A stretch of DNA of 64,000 nt from Octopus sinensis (taxonomy: Eukaryota): NCBI RefSeq assembly GCF_006345805.1, contig NC_043014.1, positions 45,508,001 to 45,572,000 on the forward strand, written 5' to 3'. Each line of letters starts with the position of its first letter. Within the stretch, counting starts at the first letter, position 1. Shown piece by piece: positions 24,302-37,649 of the stretch. The notes below the pieces were generated by a model, which saw only the letters and a program-made list of their open reading frames with translations, was not told the DNA's origin and searched no databases. A program made the position numbers and the translations under genes.

Positions 24302-25124
24302 CTTGACAAGGTAAATATTAGCATCAGATCAATAGATTTCAGTGGATTTTTTTCCCCTTTTTTTCATTTTTTTTTCAACAAATACACCGTTTGCTTTATG
24401 ATGTAACCTGATTCTCTCTTCTTATTGTTGTTGTTGCTGTCATTGTTAGTGTTTTAGCCCATGGCAGTCCCTCATCATACAGATCTATGATAAAAGACAT
24501 TCTAGCTTTGACCACCATATCTATTTTTTTTTCTTTTTCCTGGCACAGAGTATCTCAGACTACATTATTCAATGTGTCCTTCCATTTTTTTTTATTTTGT
24601 TATTATTGAAGATACTAGGTATGATTCAAGGGAAATTTGGCTGCTATTTCCAGTAGGTAAAACAACCATTTAGCAGTCCCTGTAGTGATTAGGTAAATAT
24701 TGATATTAGATCAATATATTTCACCGGATTTTATTTTTTTTTTTCATCAAATGTATTAAAGGCTTTTTGATGTAAAAGGATTTAACATTGTGATGACTTT
24801 TTCTTTTTTGCTTTTCTTCATCAACTTATCACAGTGTTGTTATTGAAGCAACAAAAGACCCTCAATATGGCCGTTTGACCTGCTAGAAGTAGCAGTTAAA
24901 TCTCTCTCAAATCAAACATTAATATTCTTTTCTACTATATGTACAAGGCATGAAATTTTGGGGGAGGAGGCAAGTGGATTACAGTGACCCCAGTGTTTCA
25001 CTGGTACTTAATTTATCGATCCTGAAAGGATGAAAGGCTAAGTCAACCTTGGTGGGATTTAAACTCTGAATGCCAAAGATAGACGAAATGCCCGTTGCAA
25101 TCAGGATTCTGTCAGCTCACTGCC

Positions 25125-25167
<43 letters not shown>

Positions 25168-25169
<2 letters not shown>

Positions 25170-25721
25170 GCCCTGATGCAGTACCAGGCTGTGGCCCTCA
25201 TGGCTTCTGATCTTAACTGATTGGAAGTGTTATCATGTACATTGTTTTGTCTTGGTATAAAAGATAGGCTACAGCAAATATTCTGCTCAATACCACAGAA
25301 TTGCTTGTCACTGGTTTGACCTTAACCAGTTGAGCATGTCCCTTAGTGGCTGACGATATGTGCATCTCTGATCACGAGCAGAAATAGTGGGGGAGCATCA
25401 TAGCCATGTGTTGAGAGGAATTCTTTGGGGCTTGGATAATTCACCTCTGGAAACATAGGTGTTTCATTCAACATCCTTAAACAACCCTTATTCAAGGACC
25501 TTTTGAGTAGGATGGGTTACTCGACCAGCAGAAAATTCTAACTGGGCCCCACCTGCAAGGTTATGTGCTGTTTATCTTGATATGAGATAACCATGTCGCG
25601 CACATATGGTTGTGGTGCATGTGCCTAGTGTACCCTTATCACAGGTAGTCATGATGGGTATACTGGGCTTCATATATTTTACCCCAGCGTCACTTTGATG
25701 GCATGCACTGCTCTCTCACTC
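25168..25721. mobile_element. Unclassified ~555-bp interspersed element embedded in (AAT)n; partial copy at 56170-56345
   Basis: Long (AAT)n on both sides and a second homologous fragment in the window. Confidence 0.6.
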
Positions 25722-25781
25722 AATAATAATAGTTATAATAATAACAACAACAATAATAATAATGATAATAATAATAATAAC

Positions 25782-25815
<34 letters not shown>

Positions 25816-26744
25816 GTTCACATTTTGGCACAAGGCCAGCAATTTCTGGGGTAGGAGTAAGCTGATTACATCGACCCCCAGTGCCCAACTGGTACTTATT
25901 TTATCAACCCCGTAAGGATGTATAAAGCAAAGTTGACCTCAGTGGAATTTGAACTCAGAGTGTTAAACTGAAAGAAATGCTGCAAAACATTTTTCCCAGC
26001 ATGCTAACAATTCTGCCAGCTCACCGCCTTGATCATAATGATAATAATAATAATTCTTTCTAATTTTGGCACAAGGCCAGCAATTTTGGAGTAGGGAGTG
26101 TTAGTTGTTGCCATTGACTCCAGTACTTGAAATGGTACTTTAATTTATTGTGCTCAGAGGGATGAAAGGCAAAGTTGACCTTGGCAGGATTCAAACTCAG
26201 AGTGCAAAAGAGCCTGAAGGAATATTGTAAAGTATTTTCTCTGATATTCTAACAATTCTACCAATCCACTACCACACTAATAATAATAATAATATAATAA
26301 TAATAATAATAATAATAATCTACAATTTTACATGGTAATTAAGTCAAAAAATTTCATTTTACTAATTAGCTTTTGAGGGCATGCATGATGTACAGGTGTG
26401 TGTGTGTGTGTGTGTGTATCTGCGTGTATGTGTGTGTTTGACTTTTTCTCAAGAAGGTCAGGTGTAGAATTAATTTGATGTCTGATGTATCTGCCAGGGC
26501 TGGCTCTCTTTTATAAAGAATTTCTGAAGAAATAGCTGATTAAAACATCGTTAGGTTCTATTTTTGAACTGAAGAATTCAATAGAATTCTTCTGATGTTT
26601 GGGAAGAGAAAGAGAGAGAGAAAGAGAGAAAATGAGTAGGTAGATAGGTGGGTGTGCAGGTGGTCTTTTGTTTCAATTATTTTTTTTAACATCAAAAGTT
26701 AAATTACAGAAATTATACACAGACATATACAATAAAATAATTAG

Positions 26745-26776
<32 letters not shown>

Positions 26777-26781
26777 CAGTA

Positions 26782-26839
<58 letters not shown>

Positions 26840-26859
26840 AACACACACATCAGTACTTT

Positions 26860-26901
<42 letters not shown>

Positions 26902-26960
26902 AACACACACATCAGTACTTTTATATATATATATACACACACACATACACACACAAACAC
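26745..26960. repeat. Compound repeat CATCAGTACTTT-(TA)n-(CA)n, 3 copies
   Basis: Direct inspection. Confidence 0.9.
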
Positions 26961-28074
26961 ATATGAGTATCATAGATGTAGATTCATGCACACACAATAT
27001 TATTATGCATATATACATATACACACACACACATGCATGCACTTATAATCTATCTACACAAGCACAGAAGTAGTACCAACTTATGCACTTATGCACACAG
27101 CCACATGCATATGCACCAACACACACACACACACACACACACACATGCACCAACATATATTTATACACACAAATCATATTACACTCACACACACCAACAC
27201 GTATATTGATATACAAATCATATGGTTACTCACACATGTACACACACACACACATTCAGCAGTGCTCAAAATTCCATCAACATGGACATGTACACAGTTT
27301 AATTATACAGACGCATTCCAATGAGGAAACCTCTACATGGTCACTCTCACTGCTAGAAATAGAAGATGAATTCCCTCAAATTACAACCTTCCATCTTAAA
27401 AATGGAAGGCTGTATTCGACAATGTCATTTTACAACATCATCATCATCATCATCGTTTAATGTCCATTTTCTATGCTAGCATGGGTTGAACGGTTTGACC
27501 GGGGTCTGGGAAGCCAGAAGGTCGCCCCAGGCTCCAGTCTGATCTGGCAGTGTTTCTACAGCAGGATGCCCTTCCTAATGCCAACCACTCCATGAGTGTA
27601 GTGGGTGCTTTTTACGTGCCACCGGCACAGGAGCCAGAGGAGGCTGGCAAACGGTCACGATTGGTTGGTGCTTTTTACGTGTCACCGACACAGATGCCAA
27701 TCAAGGCGACACTGGCATTGGCCATGTTCAGATGGTGCTTTTTATGTGTCACCGGCATGGGTATCACAACTACAATTTCCATTTGATTTTGATTTTTGAT
27801 GTTGATGTACTTGACTCAATAGGTCTCCTCAAGCACAGCAGGTCACCCTACGATCCAAGGTTAGCACAGCAGGCCGTCCTGCGAGCCATGAACTGAATTT
27901 TACATACTTCTAAAATAAAAGGATGAAGTGGTCACCACCAGAATGCCATCATTTATGGAGCTGTTCAATCAGGGCCATGACAACAATGCCAACACATATA
28001 TATATCTCTCTCTCTACTCACACACACATGTAATATTATATGCATAAAACAGGGGCCTAGCGGGTTGAGTAGAG

Positions 28075-28500
28075 AAACAACCAGACAAGTAAGGCTAGTG
28101 TTTCATAAAATTATTAGCCATCTTACAAACAATAACTCTGAGCACCTTTTCAAACTCCACCCGTCTAACACCCGTGGACATATTTACAAAAGTCAGAAAC
28201 GCACAGCTCCCATGACTTTAGGAAACATTTTTCATGCTGAGAGTTGCTGAAGCATGGAACAAACTGCCGGCATCAATTGTTTATGTCGGAGCACTGCATC
28301 CTTCAAAAACTTCCATGCTTCCTGAGATTCGCCAACACTACACCTGATTTTCTCCCCTGATACACACACAAGCATGTATCTGACTCATACATTGTTCGCT
28401 TTCCAGATATTTGTACATTACTGCATATACTTTATATGCACTTTCTGACAAGTTGTGGTGCACCTGAGCACTATACAATAATTTCATTATTATTATTATA
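28075..28500 (+). mobile_element. CR1/L2-group LINE 3' end
   Basis: Degenerate HLFKLHPSNTRGHIYK...FRKHFF.LRVAEAWNKLP C-terminal motif followed by an (ATT)n tail. Confidence 0.8.
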
Positions 28501-29296
28501 TCGTACCCTCAGTACTGCATTGTGTCCATAGCCAAGACACTTTAACTCTCAATGGACCAGTCCACCAAGCTGTTAGACAGGTGTGGCAAGGTAGGGACAG
28601 CACTGGTGTTTTACCAAATGATTTATTGACTTACAGTACTAATTTCCAGCCATTCTTTGGGGAAAATTTACCTGCTAATGACAAGTGACCTCTCCCAGGG
28701 GAGATTAGTCTCTCATCTGCTTGGTACTACACACTCTGGAGATGAACACCAAGTTGTGTGACCATCAGGGCCAAATTAAGATGCATAGAGGACCTATATA
28801 CCAGAAATAACAGTCAAATCACTTTTAGATTGTATGCTAACATCTTGAAAAGGAGAAAGACACATTATTTAATGTGGTGTTAGAAATCCCTAAGAAAGGC
28901 AGGGTGGTCAGGATCGGGAAGGTTTTGATAATTGGTCTGCTCAATCAGGGTTTATCTAATTGGAGCTAAACAATAGCGACACAACTAATCACACGCATCA
29001 GTTTTTACTAACACACACATGCACACACACACACACGCACACTCATGCACACTCACGCACACTCACACACAGGCACACGCACACTCACACTCACACACAC
29101 ACGCACACACACTCACACACACACACACACTCACACACACACACACATATTTACACACTTTCACACACTTTTACACACGCACACGCACACAGAGTTTCTG
29201 TCATATATCTGTCTGAATCAGTCAATACAAATGCATACACAAGCTGTTTGTGACCGATGTGTATTCCTCACACATACACTCGTGGATACACGTGCA

Positions 29297-29329
<33 letters not shown>

Positions 29330-30289
29330 CACACACAAACTGCTGGAGGAACTGGAAGGAAAGATTTCATCAATGAATAGAGAAAGACAATAGCTGCTGC
29401 TGTGTACCAATTATTGCCAGTTTGCATGTCACCTAGCACGAAATAAATCAAGGAAATTAACATCAACCATATATGAGCCAAAGAGGGCGCCTCTATGTGG
29501 TCACTCAGACTGCCTGCTAGAAATGGCAACCAAGTCTTTCTCAAATCATACCCAGCTCTTTTGCTGTCTGCATTCAGTAAGTTTACCCAATGTGCTAAGG
29601 GACTCATAGTACCATAAAGTGCTGGAATAAACACCACAAGGCATTTTGTCCAGTACTCCACAAAACTGTGGTACCGGTGTAAAAAGCACCCAGTATACTC
29701 TGTAAAGTATAGGTAGTGGGTAGCGATTTTCTTCACTACTTCAGGGAGTGACAACCCTGCCTGACATGAGTCCCAGGCTCAGCTGGCCCTGGCTGACAGT
29801 ACCCGGTATGGGCCCCTATCCAGGGTTACAGAAAGGAGACAACCTTCAAAGAAATCCGGAGTGGAGTCCCATAGGTGGTTTAATGTTTGACTCGATACTC
29901 TTCTGGCAGCTCCTGCAACCAAGCTGATGCCAAACATAATGCTCTGCGCTCCTTTGGGCTATGTCAGCAAGGTCGAGAGAGGAATCCTGACGATTGGGCT
30001 ACCCAGGATTTTCTTACATCTAGCCCAGGCCTGCACAAAATTGGAGAGGAAACTGGAGAGGATATGAAATGTAAAAACCAGACTGGATTAGTTTATGCGC
30101 AACTCCATTGTCTCTCGAGACAAAAGGATGCCAACAATACTCTGTAAAGTGGTTGGCATTAGGAAGGGCATCCAGCCATAGTGACCTGGCCAAAACAAAT
30201 GACAGGAACCTAGTGTGACTCCTGGCTTTGCTAATTTCTGTCAAGCCATTCAATCCATGCCAGAATGGAAAACAGCTGTTAAATGTTAT

Positions 30290-30325
<36 letters not shown>

Positions 30326-31379
30326 GTGTCTTGGATTGGTATTTTGTTTATTGACCCCCCCCCCCCCCGAATGATTACTGGCAAAGTTGTTGACTGTGGT
30401 GGATTTTGAACTTTCGACATAGAGCTAAAACAAATAGCACAAGAGCTAAAACAAATAGCACAAGGCTCTACCAATCCAACCAATACATGACCTTTTAACA
30501 GTTTTAACCAATTCATGACCTTTTAACCTTTTAAACCTTTTAACCAGTTCATGACCTTTTAACAGTGATTCTTGTCATAGATATTGTAGAGTAGGGATGC
30601 TGTTGATTAGATCGACCCACCTATCTTATACTGGTCTGGTACTTACAGCACTTATGTTATCCACTCATGCACAGGTGTAGCTGTGTGGTTAAGAATCTTG
30701 CTTCCCAACCATGTGGTTTTGGGTTCAGTCCCACTGTGTGGTACCTTGGGTAAGTGTTTTCTGCTATAAACATAAACTGACCAGTGTTGTGAATGGACTT
30801 AGTAGAATGAAACTGAAAGAAGCCTGTCATATGTATACACGCATACATATATATGTGTGTACTGTATGTAATATATGTATGTATAAATGTGTGTGCCTTT
30901 GTCTAGACATCATGTGATGGCTATATATGTGAATCTTCATCATACAAGTGAGGTGGATTGAGCCTTTTCAGTCCTCTGTGAAAACATGTCTGGCCATAGG
31001 GAAATGTTACCTTGTTTGAGGGTTGGTGACAGGAAGAGCACCCAGTTGTGGAAAATTTTCCTCAACAAATTCTGCCTGACCCATGCAAGCATGGAAGAGT
31101 TGGACATTAAATGATGATGATGAAGGATGAAATGTAGATTTCATTTTATCCAGATCCTAGCTCAATACATAATGGTGTACAGTTAAATATTCTTTTCTAC
31201 TCTAGTAATGAGGCTCAAAATTTTTGGAGAGGGAGGGGAGCAATCAATTAGATCGACCCCAGTATGCAACTAGTACTTAATTTATCAACCCTGAAAGGAT
31301 GAAAGGCAAAGTCGACCTCGGCGGGATTTGAACTCAGAATGTAAGCCAGTTTGCCTAAAGATCTACTGATTTTGTCATC

Positions 31380-31740
31380 GACAACCCTCCTGATTCTGTC
31401 TTCATCTGCCTTCCCAGTTCTGCTACTCTTAGCGCTCTTAATTCTGCCATCCTCAGCCTCTAGATTCTGATAGCTACACTCCATTGATTCTGCTGTCTAT
31501 CTTCTTCAGTCCCATTTATTCTTCTATCCTCAACCTCATCAAGTCTGCTTTCACGAACCCCATTGATTCTGTGATTTACAGCCCTCCTGATTCTATCATC
31601 CTCAGCCCCATTGTCTCTACCATCCTCAACCCCTCTGATTCTGCTATTTACAATACTCCAGCCTTTCCAATTCTACTATCCTTGGCCCCACTAATTTGGG
31701 CACCATCAGACCCACTGATTCTGCTATATACAGCCCTCTT
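31380..31740. repeat. Degenerate ~24-bp cryptic minisatellite
   Basis: Recurrent CTGATTCTG / CATCCTCAGCC; the minus strand reads as broken (AEDGRING)-like 8-mers. Confidence 0.6.
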
Positions 31741-33259
31741 CATCATCATCATCATCATCATTTAACGTCCGCTTTCCATGCTAGCATGGGTTGGACGATT
31801 TGACTGAGGTCTGGCGAACCAGACTCCAATCTGATCTGGCAGAGTTTCTACAGCTGGATGCCCTTCCTAATGCCAACCACTCCGAGAGTGTAGTGGATGC
31901 TCTTATGTGCCAGTTTGGTGGTACTGGCAACAGCCACACCCAAATGGTGCTTTTTATGTGCCACTTGCACAGGAGCCAGTCCAGCGGCACTGGCGACGAC
32001 CTTGCTCGAATATTTCACATGCCACCAGCACAAGTGCTACTAAGGCGACACGGTAACGATCACGCTTGAATGGTGTGCTTAATGTGCCATCGGCATGAAG
32101 GCCGGCTTGTTGCTCTGGCAACGATCTCACTCGTATGGTACTCTTAGTGCTCCACTAGCAACGGATGCTAGTCACCGAATTTGATTTCAACTTTGATTTC
32201 ACTTGCCTCAACTGGTCTTCGCAAGCAGAGTTTAGTGTCCAATGAAAAAAAGGCATGCATAAGTGGACTGAGCTTTTTTCAATTCTGTTGTCAAACTCTT
32301 GATTCAACCATCTAAAGCCTTCCTCCCATCTCCCTGATTCTACAAATCAGACCACCACTCCCTTGTATAATTGATTTTTAGTACTTGCCTCAATTTTGAC
32401 AGGTGCATTATTTTACTGATCTTGGAAGGTTGAAAAACAAAGTCGACCTCAGCAGAATTTGAACCCAGAATATAAAGGTTTGCAACAAAATGCTTTGCAG
32501 TATTTTGTCAAAAACTCTACTGGAATTGCCCATAACCCAAACAATAATGATTTCAAATTTTGGCACAAGGCCAGCAATTTTGTTTTGATTACATTGACCC
32601 CAGTACTCAACTGGTACTTATTTTATCAACCCCAAAAGGATGAAAGGCAATGTCGACCTTGGCAAAATTTGAACCCAGAACATAATAAACCGTATAATTG
32701 CTAAATATTTAGCTGTGAACTAACATCTTGTCCTAGCATATCAAGAAGAAACTGTCTCCTAATGTCATCACCCCATTGATGTATATAATTAATTAGAAAA
32801 ATAATCAAGTTATTCATTCTGTTTATCACACCTAGGTGAGATAATGAATTATTGGTTAATTAATATAATTACATTGACTAATGTGCACTGAGACATATAA
32901 ATTGATTTCTTTTAAGATAATCATCTTGTGGATTATTAATGCCATCTTTAGAGATGAAGCGGCAAATTAGCAGAATCAGTGGAGCATCGATAAAACAATT
33001 TGTGACCTTTATTGCAGTATTCTGAGCTCAAATCTAGATCGACTTTACCTTCCTTCTTTTAGGGGTCCTGGATGGTGGATTGGCAGAATTGTTCGAGTAT
33101 TGGACAGGGCACCTTCTGACATCTCTTTTGAAGTTTTGTGTTCTGAGTTTGAAATGAGTAGCTGTGGTCGAGAAGTTTGCTTCCCAACCACATGGTCCTT
33201 GGATTGACCAATGCCTCATGAATGAATTTGGTAGATGGAAACTGTGTAGAAGCCCTTTG

Positions 33260-33292
<33 letters not shown>

Positions 33293-33320
33293 TTTTGTGC
33301 TTTCTTGTTTGGATTAACTT

Positions 33321-33369
<49 letters not shown>

Positions 33370-33380
33370 TATATATATAT

Positions 33381-33545
33381 AAAGTTAATCCAAACAAGAA
33401 AGCACAAAAAAACACAACGCGAGGACGTGGAACAAATATAGTATTATTGGACGCTCAGGAAAGAAGGAGGGTTTAACGTTTCGAGTGGAGCTCTTCATCG
33501 GAAACATAGGAGAAGGAAAGATCCAGAGAAGGGAAGACAGAGGAA
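33381..33545. mobile_element. Penelope-like UTR fragment in (TA)n; relatives near 10930-11090 and 37940-38110
   Basis: ACGTTTCGAGTGGAGCTCTTCATCGG motif, (TA)n flanks and an inverted partial end. Confidence 0.5.
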
Positions 33546-34684
33546 AAAAATATATATATATATATGTGTGTGTATGTTTGTTGTCCCTCCCCACTACTTG
33601 ACAAGTGGTGTTGGTTTGTTGATGTCCTCATAACTTTGCAGTTTGTCAAAAGAGACTGATAGAATAAGTAACAGACTAAGAAACAACAATCAAAAAACAA
33701 CATAATTAGTGGGATCAGTTTGTTTAACTAAAGCTCTTCGAGGTGGTGCTCCAGCATGGCCAGAGTCTGGTGATTGAAACAAGTAAAGGATAACAGATGT
33801 GCTGTAGCTTATAATCAGTACACAGTCTCTCCTTTGTATACAGTTGTTCTACAAGAAACCAGTGGATGGTTCCTATTTTTATTTTTCATCTGAATAAAAA
33901 CAGGATAGTCATGGTTGGAATGCCTTTAATCATAGGCCTAGTCAACCGGAGGTGACCCTGGGATGGATGATGACTAAGCAACAACAGCAATTATGGAAAT
34001 CCAAGTGCATTTTGTGGAATCGGTGTGATCATTGATTGAAAACAGTGGCAGCATTCCATACCAACAGGCAATGGTTGCATTGACGTTATTCAAGTAGACA
34101 CTTGGAAGCTTCTCATGTTGTTAAATTTAAAATATTCCGATCAGTTTGGCAACGCACAATCAAGATTATTCTCCTCTTTAGTTATTTGATCTTGGCATTA
34201 ACCCTTCAGTTACCATATCTCTGTTGAAATATGCTGCCTTTGTTTCAATTAATTTTGGAAATAATAAAGAATTTCATCATCATCATCGTTTACAGTCCGT
34301 TTTCTGTGCTAGCACGGGTTGGACGGTTTGACCGGGGTCTGGGAAGCCAGGAGGCTGCACCAGGCTCCAGTCTGACTGGCAGTGTTTCTACTGCTGGATG
34401 CCCTTCCTAACGCCAACCACTCTGTGAGTATAGTGGGTGCTTTTTACATGCCACCGGCACAGGTGCCAGGGGAGGCTAGCAGCTTCCATGATCGGTTGGT
34501 GCTTTTTACATACCACCGGCACAGAAACCAGTCAAGGCGGCGCTGGCATCGGCCACATTCGGATGGTGCTTTTTACATGCCACCGGCACAGGTATCACAA
34601 CTACCATTTCCATTTGATATTTATTTTGATGTTGATGTACTTGACTCAATAGGTCTCATATTAGTAATATAATTAAGCTGGTTT

Positions 34685-34950
34685 GAAGGTGCATTACTCA
34701 GTGGTTAGAGCGTCGGGCTCACAATCATGAGGTAGTGAGTTCAATTCCCGGATCCAGCTGTGTGTTGTGTTCTGGAGCAAGACATTTTATTTCACGTTGC
34801 TCCAGTTCACTCAGCTGTAGAAATGAGTTGTGATGTCACTGATGCCAAGCTGTATCGGCCTTTGCCTTTCCCTTGGATAACATCAGTGGTGTGGAGAGGA
34901 AAGGCTGGTATGCATGGGCGACTGCTGGTCTGTCATAAACAACCAAGGGG
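34685..34950 (+). mobile_element. tRNA-derived SINE; related heads at 1-270, 7745-7995, 8150-8445, 36880-36995 and 42106-42480
   Basis: A-box TGGTTAGAGCG and B-box GAGTTCAATTCC followed by TGTTGTGTTCT(T/G)GAGCAAGACA core; no tRNA 3' stem. Confidence 0.8.
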
Positions 34951-35263
34951 TGGAGGAATTTAGAAGAAAGGTCTTGAGTGGCTGTGTGGTAAGTAGCTTG
35001 CTTACCAACCGCATGGTTCCAGGTTCATTCCCACTGTGTGGTGCCTTGGGTAAGTGTCTTCTACTATAGCCTCAGGCTGACCAAAGCCTTATGAGTGGAT
35101 TTGGTAGACGGAAACTGAAAGAAGTCCATCGTATGTATATGTTTGTGTGTCTGTATTTGTCCTCCCACCATCACTTGACAACCGATGTTGGTGTGTTTAC
35201 ATCCCCGTAACTTAGCAGTTCGGGAAAAGAGGCCAATAGAATAAGTACTAGGCTTACAACGAA

Positions 35264-35626
35264 TCTCTATATATATAAATGGCAAAATGTCTGTGTGCGT
35301 GTCCTTTATACAAATCCACAATTTTTCAGTTAGACGGCTCGCACTTTCTATGGTCATTCAAAACCGTCCAAGGGTGGTCGTGCACATCTTTACATTTCCC
35401 CAGTCACCCCGCAAAGCCATAAAAAATTCAATAGAAGTGACTTTTTGTGAATTTTCTATCCAAAAGCCAATCAAAATGCCTGAAACTTGATACGCCAATT
35501 GAATGCCAGCTAGCTGTATGTGATTGGTCGGAGATTTGGACAGTACTCGCGTGTATGTGCATACGCATGCAGCTGTATATGCATGCACTAGCACTATGAC
35601 CTGGCAACGCCGGGTCATAGTGCTAG
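35264..35626 (+). mobile_element. Non-autonomous Helitron (second family)
   Basis: A|TCTCTATATATATAAA start; terminal hairpin ACTAGCACTATGACCTGGC-AAC-GCCGGGTCATAGTGCTAGT ending CTAG|T. Confidence 0.75.
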
Positions 35627-35949
35627 TAACAGAATAAAAGAATATCCTCAGACTGAAAATCTGACCCAAATGTTTGCTGCAGAAAGGTCTCTGCTAAAAC
35701 ACACACAAGAGCCGTGCGGTGGTGTCAAACTGAATGATAGATGCCCTGAAAATCAGATGGGATGGTCACACCTGGGATTGCCTTTGATCATAGGACCGAG
35801 CTGCAACTAAACCACCACCACTACAGCAACAACAACAACAACAACAACATCAACAAATACTGTTAGCAATTTTCTTTTTTTTCAAACTACATGAAAGGAT
35901 GAGTTAAAGTGAATGGCAAAGAAGATTATCATTATTATTATTATTATTA

Positions 35950-35987
<38 letters not shown>

Positions 35988-37210
35988 TGCCCCAAAGGCA
36001 TGGCATAATCTCTTAGATCTATCAAGTTTTCTATACGTTTACTTGCCATGCTGTATGAACCTTGACTATGTTTCATAATTTACTGGAGTGTATACAGCAA
36101 ATCTAAAAGATTTTGCTCAATAGCTGCAAGGGGAAACTAAATTAACAGGAAGAAAGAAAAATAATAGCATAAAGCTTGCAACTATTTCATTCCATTGAAA
36201 TATTGTAATAGCATTTAAAAAAAAAATTTTTTTTTTACATATTTTTTACTTTTTTTTTCGTTTTTTTTAAAAAGTCTTTTCATAAGATGGCATAGAACAC
36301 ACATATTACTATTAAAATAGTTTTCAATGGTTGGGGGGTTGGGGTTGGGGTTGGGGGTTGAGAGAAATTTGAAATTCCTGCATTTAATTCAAGGAAAAAA
36401 AAAACTAAAAAAAAAAAAAATCAATAATAATTTTTACGTTGCTTGAAAATAAATGTTATATTTTGTTAGAATTTGGTTTACAAAAAAAAAAGAAGAAAAA
36501 CTGAAAAAAATAAAAAATAAAACAAAAACAAAAATTTCCAACTGTTAAAGACTTGTGTTGTTAACTATTGGTAAAAACCAACTTGAAATTTGTTAGAATC
36601 TAACGAAAAATGTAATTAAGATTTCTAATTGCCAGAATCGTAGAATCAATTATCTCATTTATTTATAAATTTGTTTATTTTGGAACTGTTATAATTCTTT
36701 AAATGATTAAATTTATCAATTTTTAGTATTTATTAGTTAATAACAATTAATATTTCTTGCTCTCTTTTGACTGCAATTGTTTCAGGTTGTTACTCCCTGT
36801 TGAAATATAAATGTTGATAACTGTTGCAAACTATTGCTTATGTTTCATATATTTACTTGTTGCTATCTCAGGTTCATGAAGGTGCAATGGCCCAGTGGTT
36901 AGGGCAGCGGACTCGCAGTCGGAGGATCGCGGTTTCGTTTCCCAGACAGGGCGTTGTGCGCGTTTATTGAGCGAAAACACCTAAAGCTCTATGAGGCTTC
37001 TACAGCTGGATGCTCTTCTTAACGCCAACCACACCAAGAGTGTAGTGGGCGCTTTTTACCTGCCACCAGCACAGGGCCAGAAGAGCTGTCATCGACCATG
37101 ATCAGATGGTGCTTTTTATGTGCCACTGGTATGGAACAACAACCCTTAAATGATGGGAAAGAGTAGCATTAATATGCGTGCCAAATGGCAAAAAAACAAA
37201 TTATCTCTTC

Positions 37211-37439
37211 TTAACCCTTTATCATTTAAACCGGCCATATCCGGCCAAAAGTATTCTGCCTGTTCTATGTTCAAACTGGCCAGATCTGGTCTCTCACACC
37301 AACCCTACAATGTTGTTTTAAAAATTACCAGCTACCTCATCAAAATCTCAAAGCTACGAGATAATGCAGGATTAGTTCAAAGCAATGTGGATAAAAAAGG
37401 ATTAATTTTGGTAGAATAATGTGAACACTAAAGGGTTAA
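37211..37439. mobile_element. piggyBac-type MITE (different family; partial relative near 49300-49527)
   Basis: TTAACCCTTT...AAAGGGTTAA termini. Confidence 0.75.
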
Positions 37440-37557
37440 AGTAATTTTTATAGTTATTTTCACTTTGAGCAAGTGTACAAGATGTCTGTAATAATGTTAA
37501 TCTTTTGCACAATAAAATTTACAATCCTATTATTGAAAAGTGCCATGAAATATTCAC

Positions 37558-37649
37558 TTTCCTTTCATGAAAGTCGTATCCATGTAAAGTTCTTGAAACA
37601 TCAATTGATGATGCCTGCTGTTCTCTGAAGAAACATCGGTTGATGATGT
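37558..37649 (-). CDS. Candidate exon (N)IINRCFFREQQASSIDVSRTLHGYDFHERK
   Basis: Acceptor tttttatacttaaatggcag|, donor |gtgaat, phase 1-0, open. The aligned plus frame has four stops. Confidence 0.3.
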
